Program-made: the position numbers and the translations under genes
The notes under the pieces: model-generated
Told to the model about the DNA's origin: nothing
Database searches by the model: none
The model's input: the letters and a program-made list of their open reading frames with translations, nothing else
Assembly (NCBI GenBank): GCA_044228685.1
Contig: JBGAUL010000011.1
Coordinates: forward strand, 13,886-77,885
Source: Chlorobiota bacterium
Lineage (GTDB): Bacteria > Bacteroidota > Ignavibacteria > Kapaibacteriales > NICIL-2
Length of the DNA: 64,000 nucleotides
Direction of reading: 5' to 3'
Shown here: piece after piece, positions 30,227-39,487 of the stretch
Numbering within the stretch: position 1 is the first letter of the stretch
How the letters are laid out: each line of letters starts with the position of its first letter

Positions 30227-31327
30227 GTGCTTAGCATTCAAAAATTGTACGCACAAATAGGTAGAATTCTCGCGCTTCTGTGCGTATTCGCCCTAAGTCT
30301 TTGGCACTCGTCATGTACCCAAAGCACCGAACCCGAACCAACCCAAGCACCTCGTCTTCGCGGTATTTCATATACCTCCTTTGGCAGCTCTGATTTTCAA
30401 AGTGGTTCCGCTTCTCAGCAATTGTTGGCAGCGCGCAATGAGTTAGCGGCTGACATAGTAGCGCTCAATGTGTTTCTGGAGCAGGATTCTATCAATTCAA
30501 CAAGCATCCATCCTTCTCTCAACAGCTCCACAGATGCAGATATTCTGCAAGCAATTCGTGACGCGCGTGCGAATTCAATGCGGGTCATGTTGAAGGTTAA
30601 CATCGATGTGCACAATGGACCGTGGCGAGGCTATATCGTTCCCGACAACCAAGGACAATGGTTCGCCGCTTATACAAACACCATGCAGCACTACGCACAG
30701 TTAGCAGAGTCGCAAAACGTCGAGTACTTCTGCATCGGCTGCGAACTCATCCGTGCAACATCACCCGAATACGATCTGAAGTGGCGTCAAGTCATCAGCA
30801 CTATTCGCGGTATCTACCATGGCAAGCTCACCTACGCAGCGAACTGGAATGGTCTGGGAACAGCTCACAACTACGTTGCAGAATTCGAACAAATCGGCTT
30901 TTGGGACGCTCTCGATTACATCGGAGTTGATATCTACCAACCTGTAGCCAGTTCCGACAGCGAGTTTCCTATGCTGAGCGAAGCAGTTATTCGTCTTTCT
31001 GCGCTGCGCTCTAGTCTGCAGTCGATTGCAAATCAGTATGCAAAGACGGTGATTGTCTGTGAATCCGGTGCGCAATCGGTACATGGATGTCTTAGTGCGC
31101 CATATGATTACTCTAAAGCGCTAGCTCCTGGTGCGTTGGAAGACGATGCAGCGCAGAATCTCTACATTCGCGCAATCATTGGCTCTTTTGGTGTTCAACC
31201 CTGGTGCGAAGGCGTCATGTGGTGGAATTGGGAAAGCGTTCAATCCACTCATTGGAATCTGAATTACACGCCTCGTCAAAAAACGGCGGCTACTACCATT
31301 CGTAACTGGTACCGTCTTCCTTCATAA
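30227..31327 (+). CDS. Putative GH-A clan TIM-barrel glycoside hydrolase (GH113/GH5-like), lipoprotein
   Basis: Signal/lipobox ...LWHSSC. Candidate acid/base in YFCIGCEL and nucleophile in VIVCESG, with aromatic-rich W..WNW near the C-terminus. Confidence 0.4.
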   Translation: MLSIQKLYAQIGRILALLCVFALSLWHSSCTQSTEPEPTQAPRLRGISYTSFGSSDFQSGSASQQLLAARNELAADIVALNVFLEQDSINSTSIHPSLNSSTDADILQAIRDARANSMRVMLKVNIDVHNGPWRGYIVPDNQGQWFAAYTNTMQHYAQLAESQNVEYFCIGCELIRATSPEYDLKWRQVISTIRGIYHGKLTYAANWNGLGTAHNYVAEFEQIGFWDALDYIGVDIYQPVASSDSEFPMLSEAVIRLSALRSSLQSIANQYAKTVIVCESGAQSVHGCLSAPYDYSKALAPGALEDDAAQNLYIRAIIGSFGVQPWCEGVMWWNWESVQSTHWNLNYTPRQKTAATTIRNWYRLPS

Positions 31328-31400
31328 AATCTCGTTAAAAATCTTGATGAGTTTGATTTGCTGCGTAAATTAGCAGCGTTCACAATCATCCGACACAACT

Positions 31401-31679
31401 ATGGCCAAGAACATCAAAGGTATCAGCACCACGTCGAAGAAGGTCACTTGGGATTTCCCCTATGACCGTACAAACTTCCTCATGTTCGGTGCAGGTGTGC
31501 TCGTAATCATTGTGGGCTATTTGCTCATGGCAACGGGTATTACCGATGATCCGGCCAAGTATCAGACAACGTGGAACAATCCATTGGCAACATCAGTAGC
31601 ACCAATCGTGCTTGTGATTGGCTACTGTGTGATCATTCCCATGGCAATTATCCGTTCGTTTAAGAAGAAGAGCGAGTAA
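31401..31679 (+). CDS. Small two-TM membrane protein (DUF3098-like)
   Basis: 92 aa: a basic N-terminus, two hydrophobic helices, and a KKKSE tail. The pattern resembles small membrane proteins conserved in Bacteroidota. Confidence 0.4.
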   Translation: MAKNIKGISTTSKKVTWDFPYDRTNFLMFGAGVLVIIVGYLLMATGITDDPAKYQTTWNNPLATSVAPIVLVIGYCVIIPMAIIRSFKKKSE

Positions 31680-31735
31680 TTCTGCTCGGCTCCTCTATTC
31701 CGGAATAGCAACCGCACCGTTGCTACCTACACCAC

Positions 31736-32128
31736 ATGAAGGCTAAAGAATTTGCTCGCCACATTGCACCTCTGGGTGATGACCTAGAAGGACGTGAGCT
31801 TGAGGTACACGAGAACATTGGATCAAAACTCAATTCCCTGAGTTCGTCTAAACCAACGCGTGCGCTTCGCAATCTGTTGATGAATGTTAAGACCTTGTAC
31901 GACATTCTTCGCGATCGTGAATTCCGTATCCGCCTCTCATCAAAAGCAATTGTCGTCGCTGCACTAGCCTACTTCATTTTGCCCTTTGATTCTATTCCCG
32001 ATTACATTCCTTTTGTTGGCTACATAGATGACGGAATGGTGATCGGCTATGTGGTTAAAACTCTTGCCAAAGAAATACGCGAGTATCACATCTTCCGACG
32101 CGAACGACTCGAAGCTCTGAGCGCTTAG
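31736..32128 (+). CDS. DUF1232 (YkvA-like) membrane protein
   Basis: Motif ALAYFILPFDSIPDYIPFVGYIDDGMV is characteristic of DUF1232. Confidence 0.55.
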   Translation: MKAKEFARHIAPLGDDLEGRELEVHENIGSKLNSLSSSKPTRALRNLLMNVKTLYDILRDREFRIRLSSKAIVVAALAYFILPFDSIPDYIPFVGYIDDGMVIGYVVKTLAKEIREYHIFRRERLEALSA

Positions 32129-32261
32129 TACATCTCCTCCCTGTGTCATAAGACCGTCGCCGAGCAACCGTCCTCACTCTCTACTAATCCACTTATGCAC
32201 TCATGCATTGACTTCGTGCGCTCCATTCTCGAGTGCGTAGACATTGTGTAAGCAACGACAT

Positions 32262-32300
32262 TTAAAAACAAAAGCCAATCGTGTGATTGGCTTTTGAATA
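32262..32300. terminator. Bidirectional rho-independent terminator between convergent genes
   Basis: Perfect 11-bp inverted repeat aaaagccaatc-gtgt-gattggctttt (32270-32295), flanked by an A-run upstream and a T-run downstream. It gives a U-tract on both strands, stronger on the minus strand. Confidence 0.6.
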
Positions 32301-32332
32301 GATCGATGGTGTGCTGGAGCACAGCGTAGTTC

Positions 32333-33997
32333 TTACCAGCGACGACGCTTTGGTGGTTGATCGTTGCCATATCCAAAGGAATTGCCGTCGCGACGATTTC
32401 CTTCATTGGGGTTTGGGCGACCGAAGTTGCGGTTTGGACGAGGTCCGCGATTGAATCCCGGACGCTTGTTGTAACCATTACCTTCACGCATTGCGTTTTG
32501 GTCGAAGCGTGAATAGTTTGCTCCTTCACGATTACCAAAGTTCTCGCGACGATCGTAGCTCTCGTCGTAGAAGCTGTTTGTGCTTTCTGCTTGATTGGTA
32601 GCCGGTTGTTGCTCTTCACGAATTGCATTTGGTGGTGCTTCACGATCATCGCGGAAGCCCGGACGATAGCGACCATTATTGCGATTGTTTCTGTAACCGT
32701 TGTTGTTTGAGCGACGATTGTTGCCTTGGTTATCCTGACGATTGTTGCCGTGTGAACGGTAGCCTCCGCCATTGTTTGGTGGAACGCCTTCAGCGCGAGG
32801 TCCATCGTAGCGTGGTTGCTCCGGACGTGGTGCATCGCCATCGCGAGGAGGACGATCGCCGTTTTGGAATCGACGGTTGTTGTTGTTGTTATTATTATCC
32901 CAGCGACGCTTGTTGTTCCAACGACGTGGGCCATTATTGTTCCAGCCTCCGCCGCGTTCACGATAGCCATCACGACCACCATGTTCGCGTTGCGGTTCGC
33001 GTTGTTCTTCACCTGCTTCGCCGCCTTCGAACATTTGCTCAGCATCGCCTAAAACACTGACCGGCTCATAATCATCGATGCTAATTGGACGTGGTGCATC
33101 GTCATCGGATTCCGGAACCGGAATGGCTGTAACGACTTCTTCCAGCGGATCAGCGTCGGTAGATGCACGGATCAAACGTCGAACTGCAGGACGCTGTTGT
33201 TGCTCTGTTGAGTCTTCTTCTCTCTGTGCGCTCTGCTCCTGTGTTGCAGTGCTAGCTTGAACACGTTGCTCAGCATAGACTTCGACATCATCAAACACTT
33301 CAGAAGAACCTTCAATGACGATTACGTATTCGCCGCGGAATTTGTGCTCTTCAAAATGGGCTTCCAATTGCTTCAATGAACCGTATTGATGTGCCTCCGA
33401 ACTCATGGTGAGGTTGCAACCAACATAGGCTTGACGATCCGGCATTACTTCAGCGAGAGCAGCGAGTATGGTCTTGAGACGATATGGTGTATCCATCAAG
33501 ACAATTGTTCTATTCTCACGAGCAAGCTTGCGGATCTCGCGATCACGCTCTTCGTTTTTGCGGCTCAGAAAACCTGCATAGATGAACTGACGTGTATTAA
33601 AAGTGCTACGTACGAGTGCGGTGAGCACGCTCGATGCACCGGGTAATACGCGCACATCAATGTTGTACTTAACAGCAGCTTTGACCAGGATATCACCTGG
33701 ATCTGCCAACAGTGGTGTACCTGCATCGCTGATGAGCGCAAGTTTCTTTCCTGCTGTTAAGAGCTTCATGCATTCGACGCTTGATTCAGTGTCATTGTGC
33801 TCATTAAGCTCAATAATCTCCTTCTCCATGTCGTAGTGCTTTAACAAGCGAATCGCCTCTTTTGACTCTTCGCAAACGACAACGTCTGATTCTTTGAGTG
33901 CTTCAAGCGCTCTCAGCGTAATGTCGCTATAGTTGCCGATCGGCGTCGCAACGACCGATAATGTTCCGGCTGCCTTGGGTGTGGCAGATTTTTTCAT
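32333..33997 (-). CDS. rsmI: 16S rRNA 2'-O-methyltransferase RsmI fused to a long C-terminal low-complexity (acidic then RG/N/Y-rich) tail
   Basis: N-terminal roughly 230 aa GTLSVVATPIGNYSDITLRALEALKESDVVVCEE...LISDAGTPLLADPG (tetrapyrrole-methylase fold, RsmI signature). A further roughly 320 aa are rich in D/E, then R, G, N, Y (RRWNNKRRWDNNNNNNNRRF...GYRNNRNNGRYRPGF). Confidence 0.8.
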   Translation of the reverse strand: MKKSATPKAAGTLSVVATPIGNYSDITLRALEALKESDVVVCEESKEAIRLLKHYDMEKEIIELNEHNDTESSVECMKLLTAGKKLALISDAGTPLLADPGDILVKAAVKYNIDVRVLPGASSVLTALVRSTFNTRQFIYAGFLSRKNEERDREIRKLARENRTIVLMDTPYRLKTILAALAEVMPDRQAYVGCNLTMSSEAHQYGSLKQLEAHFEEHKFRGEYVIVIEGSSEVFDDVEVYAEQRVQASTATQEQSAQREEDSTEQQQRPAVRRLIRASTDADPLEEVVTAIPVPESDDDAPRPISIDDYEPVSVLGDAEQMFEGGEAGEEQREPQREHGGRDGYRERGGGWNNNGPRRWNNKRRWDNNNNNNNRRFQNGDRPPRDGDAPRPEQPRYDGPRAEGVPPNNGGGYRSHGNNRQDNQGNNRRSNNNGYRNNRNNGRYRPGFRDDREAPPNAIREEQQPATNQAESTNSFYDESYDRRENFGNREGANYSRFDQNAMREGNGYNKRPGFNRGPRPNRNFGRPNPNEGNRRDGNSFGYGNDQPPKRRRW

Positions 33998-35079
33998 ATA
34001 AAAACTGTGAGGTATATGTGTGTGGATGTATTAATCTTTTTGTCTGTTGTTGTAGCTGCTACAGTACCAAAGCTTAGTGAATACGGTACAGCTTCACCTA
34101 TTATTCTTCTTCTCTTCACCCTTTTTGAGTATTGACCTTGAAAGTTGCTTCTCAAAATTCTTGACTTGCGATTCCAATCATGACTATTCTAATTCTTTCC
34201 GAAGCGGTCACATGCGCTGCTTAAACCGGCTCTGACTTTTTTGAAGTGCCTCTCTGTTCCAGCGTCTGCTAGTTTGGTCTAGTCTCAGCTAGTCTTTACT
34301 GCACCTTGCAATGCATGCTTTCTGGATTTCATTAGCATCACTCATGATCACTCATGGAAGCCTTTACAGATTCCCGATGCTACCGTCAATTGATTCTGCA
34401 CTCTCCGTGTGCTGACTTTTGTGTGGATAATCACACCCTATTTTCTTCTCTACACTGAAGCCAATGGCAATTGTTACCGTGTACTATCTAGTACCGAATC
34501 GTCGTCATTTCTAGCTGTTCATGCCCTTAATGAAGTCAGATTCTGACCAACGATGTGCTTAGCTATCCGAGGTGGAAAGCGGTAGATTACCCCTTGAACT
34601 TCGAGAACTAACTACGAACTGCAAACTTGGAAATGAGCGTGTGACTCATCAGTCCAACGCTGTCAATTCATTTGAGCGAATTGAAGCTCCTTCACCTTCC
34701 ATTATCAAACCTACAGTGCTGCTGTCTGAGGCATGGAAGTCCGCCGTTCATGTTGTACATCTTGTATCAACCTTCCGGCACTGAGAGACAGATCAAAGTT
34801 ACAACATCAAACTACAATCTCCAACAAAAACACGATGTTGTTTGTTCGGTTACAAATCGGAGTTTATTAACTCAATACCTCATTGACCAATTTCATCACT
34901 ACATCAGTATCAGCTATGAGAGCATCCTCTTCTCAACATGTACTCGGGTTGTCACGAATAAAATCTATCGACGAGGACTAGGCAGGTACTTGGTGATTCT
35001 CGTGGTGTCGGCGTTATGAAAGATTCAGACTTTCAGCTCAACGCGCTGCATTTCTGTTGCAATATACGAATAAGGGAGC

Positions 35080-35120
35080 TTAGAAAAACGAACAGCCATC
35101 CGAGAGACGGATGGCTGTTG
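35080..35120 (-). terminator. Rho-independent terminator downstream of the thioredoxin-like gene
   Basis: Perfect 12-bp stem aacagccatccg / cggatggctgtt with loop agaga (35091-35119). On the minus transcript it is followed by CGUUUUUCU. Confidence 0.6.
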
Positions 35121-35145
35121 AAAATATTTGCTGTTGGTGTGAGAC

Positions 35146-35787
35146 TTACTTCTTTGCCCACTTGATACTACAACCTACTGCCTTAACAAAATCTGGACTC
35201 GGCATGCTTCCCTTGTTCAGCGACGAGATAGCGTTTGCAACATAGTGTTCCTTTGCTGCCTTTTCGTCGTCTGCATTGTCGTCGATAGCTCCGATGTAGC
35301 GAACAACGAATGAGTTACCGCTTTTCTGAACAAGAAAGACGTGTGGTGTACGTGTTGCACCGAATGCCTTTGCTACATCTTGACTTGGATCGATGAGATA
35401 TGGGAAAGGAAAACCCTTGTCATGTGCACGTGTAATCATGTTGCCCCATGAATCCTCAGGAACAGTCGTTGTGTCATTTGGATTGATTGCAATAACAGGA
35501 TAACCGGCTTCCGCATATGTCTTGTGAAGCGCGATAATACGGTCTTCGTATGCCTTTGCATAAGGACAGTGATTGCATGTAAAGACAATGATGTATCCCT
35601 TAACGTTTGGATTGCTATTGAGCGAAACCATGCGTCCGTCGATGTTCTTCAAGTTAAAATCTTGAACGACGTCTCCGACCTTATAACCACCTGCCATTGC
35701 GTGAACAGTGGCAAGTACAAGTACCAAGACTACTGCAATTTTATTCTTCATGTCGTGAATTGAATGATGATGAAACAAGCTTCTCAA
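35146..35787 (-). CDS. Thioredoxin-fold protein (TlpA/redoxin-like, CxxC)
   Basis: CNHC active-site motif in IIVFTCNHCPYAK. The probable true start is the internal MKNKIAVVLVLVLATVHA signal peptide (about 35751). Confidence 0.65.
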   Translation of the reverse strand: MRSLFHHHSIHDMKNKIAVVLVLVLATVHAMAGGYKVGDVVQDFNLKNIDGRMVSLNSNPNVKGYIIVFTCNHCPYAKAYEDRIIALHKTYAEAGYPVIAINPNDTTTVPEDSWGNMITRAHDKGFPFPYLIDPSQDVAKAFGATRTPHVFLVQKSGNSFVVRYIGAIDDNADDEKAAKEHYVANAISSLNKGSMPSPDFVKAVGCSIKWAKK

Positions 35788-36322
35788 GTTCTGTTTGGGT
35801 CAGTTCACCCTCGTGAAAGATACGAAAGTGCGCTGCGTTGTTGATGATAAGGGTCGCGGGTATCGAGCCGGACCATTCTTTACTGACGGAATCGATCCAG
35901 TCTGAGACCTTATGGTCTGAAAATAGAACCACTTGCGGCCGTATATGCTTGGCAGCGACGAAGCTGCGGAGCTTGGATTGTAAGTCTTTGACAAAATCTA
36001 AACTGACAAGCACTACTCTCACCTTCTGTGAACTTTTGGCCAGACTACTATCAAAAGCCAGAAAAGCGGGCATCTCCTCGACACATGGCTTACACCAGGT
36101 TGCCCAGAAATTTATCACATAGGTCGTATCACTCTGTTTCTGTAGCAATTGCTTGTTCAACATGGCAAAATCCCACTGCTCAATGTGATCGGCAGAACTT
36201 TGAGCTTTGGTTGAAACCATGAGTGATAGAAGCGTCATGACGACAAGTGACCATCGCAAAGCATCGCGAAAATGCTCTGAGGATGCGCCAATGAATTTGA
36301 AGCGGGTATTTTGCATGTTCAC
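35741..36322 (-). CDS. Thiol:disulfide oxidoreductase, TlpA/ResA-like
   Basis: WATWCKPC active-site motif and a signal peptide, 193 aa. Confidence 0.7.
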   Translation of the reverse strand: MNMQNTRFKFIGASSEHFRDALRWSLVVMTLLSLMVSTKAQSSADHIEQWDFAMLNKQLLQKQSDTTYVINFWATWCKPCVEEMPAFLAFDSSLAKSSQKVRVVLVSLDFVKDLQSKLRSFVAAKHIRPQVVLFSDHKVSDWIDSVSKEWSGSIPATLIINNAAHFRIFHEGELTQTELEKLVSSSFNSRHEE

Positions 36323-36330
36323 GTAGACGA

Positions 36331-37563
36331 ATGAGTAGAGAATTTATGAAGAATTGGTCGCGTACTGATTATCACTACCACCTCCCCGATGAACGAATCG
36401 CTCGCTTTCCCCTCCAGGAACGCGATTCGTCGCGATTGTTGGTAGCCGATGTCAATGACCAGTCGCTCGAACACTCTCAAGTGCACGACCTGCTCAGGCA
36501 TCTTCCAAAGAACTGCATCATAGTACTGAACAACTCAAAGGTCATACCCGCGCGCATCCACATGATGAAGGAAAGCGGTGCGGCCATAGAGCTCTTGCTA
36601 CTCGAACCAGCCAACGACATTTCGGCAAATCAAAGTCTTCAAAGCAATTCCCCCGTTCGTTGGAACTGTATGATTGGCGGAAAGAAAGTTGTTGAAGGGA
36701 TGCAGCTCATCAATTCTCAATCAAATCATGCTCTTCGCGCCGTCGTTGTTAGTCGACACGAGAAACAAGGTGTGATTGAATTTCAATGGGACGAAGAGAT
36801 TGTATTTGCAGATATTCTACACGCCATTGGCAAAGCGCCACTGCCGCCATATATGCATCGCGAAGCCGAAGAACTTGATAATGAACGATACCAAACGGTG
36901 TTTGCACGCGAAGATGGATCGGTTGCCGCGCCAACCGCGGGATTGCATCTTAGCGAAGGATTGTTGAATGATTTTCGTTCTGCCGGACATACAGTGCTTG
37001 AGTTGACGCTGCACGTGGGACTCGGGACGTTCTCCCCCATGAACGCCGACGACATCCGCGACCACGACATGCACCTTGAAAAAGCATCCTTCGATCGTCC
37101 TTTCATTGAAGCCCTGCTCTCACAACTTCGCAGCGGCAATGATAATGTGCTGTGCATCGGAACAACGTCTCTGCGCTGCCTGGAGTCGATGTATTGGCTA
37201 GCCTACTCACTCAACGGGAACGATGTCCAGGTGCTTCCACGCGAACTACTTGTCGATCAGTGGGTTTGGACATCACAAACAAAACAGCTCTCTGCAATCG
37301 ACGCTCTCGATGTGCTCTTGAGTTATATGCAAACACATGAGCTCGAACGCTTGAACTTTTCAACTCGATTGATGATTGGTCCGGGATATTCGTTTCAACT
37401 TTGCAGACACCTTCTCACGAATTTCCATCAGCCGGACAGTACACTTCTCGTCTTGGTGAGCGCTTTTTGTGGGATTGATTTTCGTCGGAAGTTATATGAT
37501 GAGGCTCTAGCGCAGGACTACCGTTTTCTTAGTTATGGCGACGCAATGTTGTTGCTTCGCTGA
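36331..37563 (+). CDS. queA: S-adenosylmethionine:tRNA ribosyltransferase-isomerase QueA
   Basis: YHYHLPDERIARFPLQERDSSRLLV (QueA N-terminal signature), 410 aa. The true start is possibly the internal MKNWS... (about 36346). Confidence 0.8.
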   Translation: MSREFMKNWSRTDYHYHLPDERIARFPLQERDSSRLLVADVNDQSLEHSQVHDLLRHLPKNCIIVLNNSKVIPARIHMMKESGAAIELLLLEPANDISANQSLQSNSPVRWNCMIGGKKVVEGMQLINSQSNHALRAVVVSRHEKQGVIEFQWDEEIVFADILHAIGKAPLPPYMHREAEELDNERYQTVFAREDGSVAAPTAGLHLSEGLLNDFRSAGHTVLELTLHVGLGTFSPMNADDIRDHDMHLEKASFDRPFIEALLSQLRSGNDNVLCIGTTSLRCLESMYWLAYSLNGNDVQVLPRELLVDQWVWTSQTKQLSAIDALDVLLSYMQTHELERLNFSTRLMIGPGYSFQLCRHLLTNFHQPDSTLLVLVSAFCGIDFRRKLYDEALAQDYRFLSYGDAMLLLR

Positions 37564-38497
37564 TTTCTGATCGACGAGTAATGCGCTGATAATGGCTCAG
37601 CTCCGGCGGTTGTATACTGAGAACGCGAAGTGGGATATTGGAACGAATCTGCGGAACAACAGTACCGGTTGTATCGCGTAGCAATTGTGAGTACTCAACT
37701 GTTGCGTGAATATCATCTCTTCCAAGTTGTTCCAGTTGCTCGATTCCTCCTCGTACATAGACAGAAATGCTCGTCGGATGAATGATCTGATTAAAGTTAG
37801 CCGGCGCGCCAATGACTTGTACCGGAATATCATTCACACGCATTTCCGCGCTGCGTTGGATATCTACCTCATACATCGCATTCGTCGGTTCGACTTGAAG
37901 AATGGCCGACAGAGAATCGTTCATAGCAACTCGTCCGCTTGCTTTTTCTCGTAAGTCGTGCAAGCTCAAAGCCGAGGTTTTCCATTGACGTATGTTGTTG
38001 AGCAGTGCGACGTTGCCGCGGAGTGTGACGGAATCAGGCCAGAGATGCACAGAGCCGATTTGCATACGACCCGGTGCAGCTTGAATTTGAATTGCAGATA
38101 CCAAGGGCACTCTCTTCTCGCCAACCGTTCCCATTTGTACGGTCAGCGCATTGCTCAGCACTTCAATCACTGTGATAGGAACCGAACAGCGAAAGCCCTG
38201 CAACAGCTCGGTTGTGCTCACGGTCGCTTGCGAACTGTGTTTGGACGACAGATCTACTACACAATGCAAATCAGCACTGAAGTACAACACATTGAGTAGA
38301 TGCCAGCCGGTGGAACGAATTTTCATCGCTACACTACGTGGCACTTCGGTTTCAATGCTGTGATTGTCGGGAAGGATGTATTCAACTCGAACCGGCGTGA
38401 CGACTTCATAACTGGCTTTCAGACTCACAAAAGTCCACAGCGCCACTGCTAACACAGTAGAGAAAATCGCCGTCCGTATGGAAAATCCGGTTGTCAT
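37529..38497 (-). CDS. YbbR-like domain membrane-anchored protein
   Basis: N-terminal TM helix followed by repeated beta-rich segments of YbbR-like composition. Weak assignment. Confidence 0.35.
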   Translation of the reverse strand: MTTGFSIRTAIFSTVLAVALWTFVSLKASYEVVTPVRVEYILPDNHSIETEVPRSVAMKIRSTGWHLLNVLYFSADLHCVVDLSSKHSSQATVSTTELLQGFRCSVPITVIEVLSNALTVQMGTVGEKRVPLVSAIQIQAAPGRMQIGSVHLWPDSVTLRGNVALLNNIRQWKTSALSLHDLREKASGRVAMNDSLSAILQVEPTNAMYEVDIQRSAEMRVNDIPVQVIGAPANFNQIIHPTSISVYVRGGIEQLEQLGRDDIHATVEYSQLLRDTTGTVVPQIRSNIPLRVLSIQPPELSHYQRITRRSEISEATTLRRHN

Positions 38498-38530
38498 GAA
38501 TTACAAATACACCCCAATGAAAGCCGAGGT

Positions 38531-39487
38531 TTAGGAAACTGTTGAACGTCGCACCAAGTACTCAAACAAAGCCTTGTCGAAAGGCGTTGCTGTACTGATC
38601 TGAATAAAGTCAACATTCAAATGAAAACACTCGCGTTTGAGCGAGCTGATAAAATCTTTCATCGCCGTTTTATAGGCCTGCTGAATCTGAAATGGCTGCG
38701 TGATCATTTCCTCGCCTGATTCCATGTCACGAAAATTTGCAGCCCAACCAAAATCGAAATCGAGCTCGCGAGGATCAAGAATCTGCATCACCAGCACATC
38801 GTGCTTCTGATGTCGAAAGTGCTTGAGAGCTGCAGAGATCGAAGCAGGATCATCGAAGAAGTCGCTGAGAATAATTACAAGACTACGACGCGAGATGCGC
38901 TCAGCCAATCGATGCAAGGCCGTCGCTGTTCCACTTGTGGAAGCCGGTTTGGTTGAATCAAGTGTTTGCAGAATCTCTTGTAAGTACGAGATCTTTGCTC
39001 GAGGCGGTAAGTACTTGCGAACGTCGTTGTCGTAGAGCGCAAGACCGGCCGCATCCTTCTGCTTCATAATGAGCAGAGATAAAGCAGCGGCGAGATAGGA
39101 TGCGTATTGGAACTTGGTCAAGTTGCCTTCTGATGCAAAACCCATGGACGCGGAACTGTCGACGGCGATCACGGAGCGGAGATTTGTTTCTTCCTCGAAT
39201 TGCTTGACGTAGTAGCGATTGGTTCGAGAGTAGATTTTCCAGTCGATGTACTTGATTTCGTCGCCCGGACGATACTGACGGTGCTCGGCAAACTCCACGC
39301 TGAAACCGTGAAAGGGCGATCGATGGAGTCCGGTGATAAAGCCTTCGACCACTAGACGAGCCCTCAACTCGAGACTTTCGAGCTGAGCCACGACATTTGG
39401 CTGAAGATATTTCAATGTTTGGTCCATGTTCCCTTCACCTAATTCCGCTGCCTTAACGCATTGTGTACTGCGCAAGATAGCACGCAC
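38531..39487 (-). CDS. DUF58 domain protein (MoxR-associated family)
   Basis: RSPFHGFSVEFAEHRQYRPGDEIKYIDWKIYSRTNRYYVKQFEEE is the canonical DUF58 core. Confidence 0.7.
   Translation of the reverse strand: MRAILRSTQCVKAAELGEGNMDQTLKYLQPNVVAQLESLELRARLVVEGFITGLHRSPFHGFSVEFAEHRQYRPGDEIKYIDWKIYSRTNRYYVKQFEEETNLRSVIAVDSSASMGFASEGNLTKFQYASYLAAALSLLIMKQKDAAGLALYDNDVRKYLPPRAKISYLQEILQTLDSTKPASTSGTATALHRLAERISRRSLVIILSDFFDDPASISAALKHFRHQKHDVLVMQILDPRELDFDFGWAANFRDMESGEEMITQPFQIQQAYKTAMKDFISSLKRECFHLNVDFIQISTATPFDKALFEYLVRRSTVS

Noticed and set aside
32146-33060. Overlapping ORFs 32146..33045(-) and 32623..33060(+)
   Set aside because: Both are alternative-frame readings of the repetitive RG/N-rich tail of rsmI. 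Their translations are low-complexity poly-T, H or V strings.
34415-34435. CRP-like palindrome TGTGGATAATCACA
   Set aside because: The spacing between half-sites (4 nt) does not fit the TGTGA-N6-TCACA CRP/FNR geometry, and the organism is probably outside the Proteobacteria. It is noted only as a possible operator.
33998-35145. tmRNA, RNase P RNA or SRP RNA in the large non-coding region
   Set aside because: I could not find the conserved primary motifs by eye (tmRNA tag reading frame ending ALAA-stop with a 3' tRNA-like GGTTCGAATCC...CCA; RNase P GGAAAGTCCGGGCTCC; SRP GGAAGCAGCC). It is left as an open candidate ncRNA region rather than a named call.
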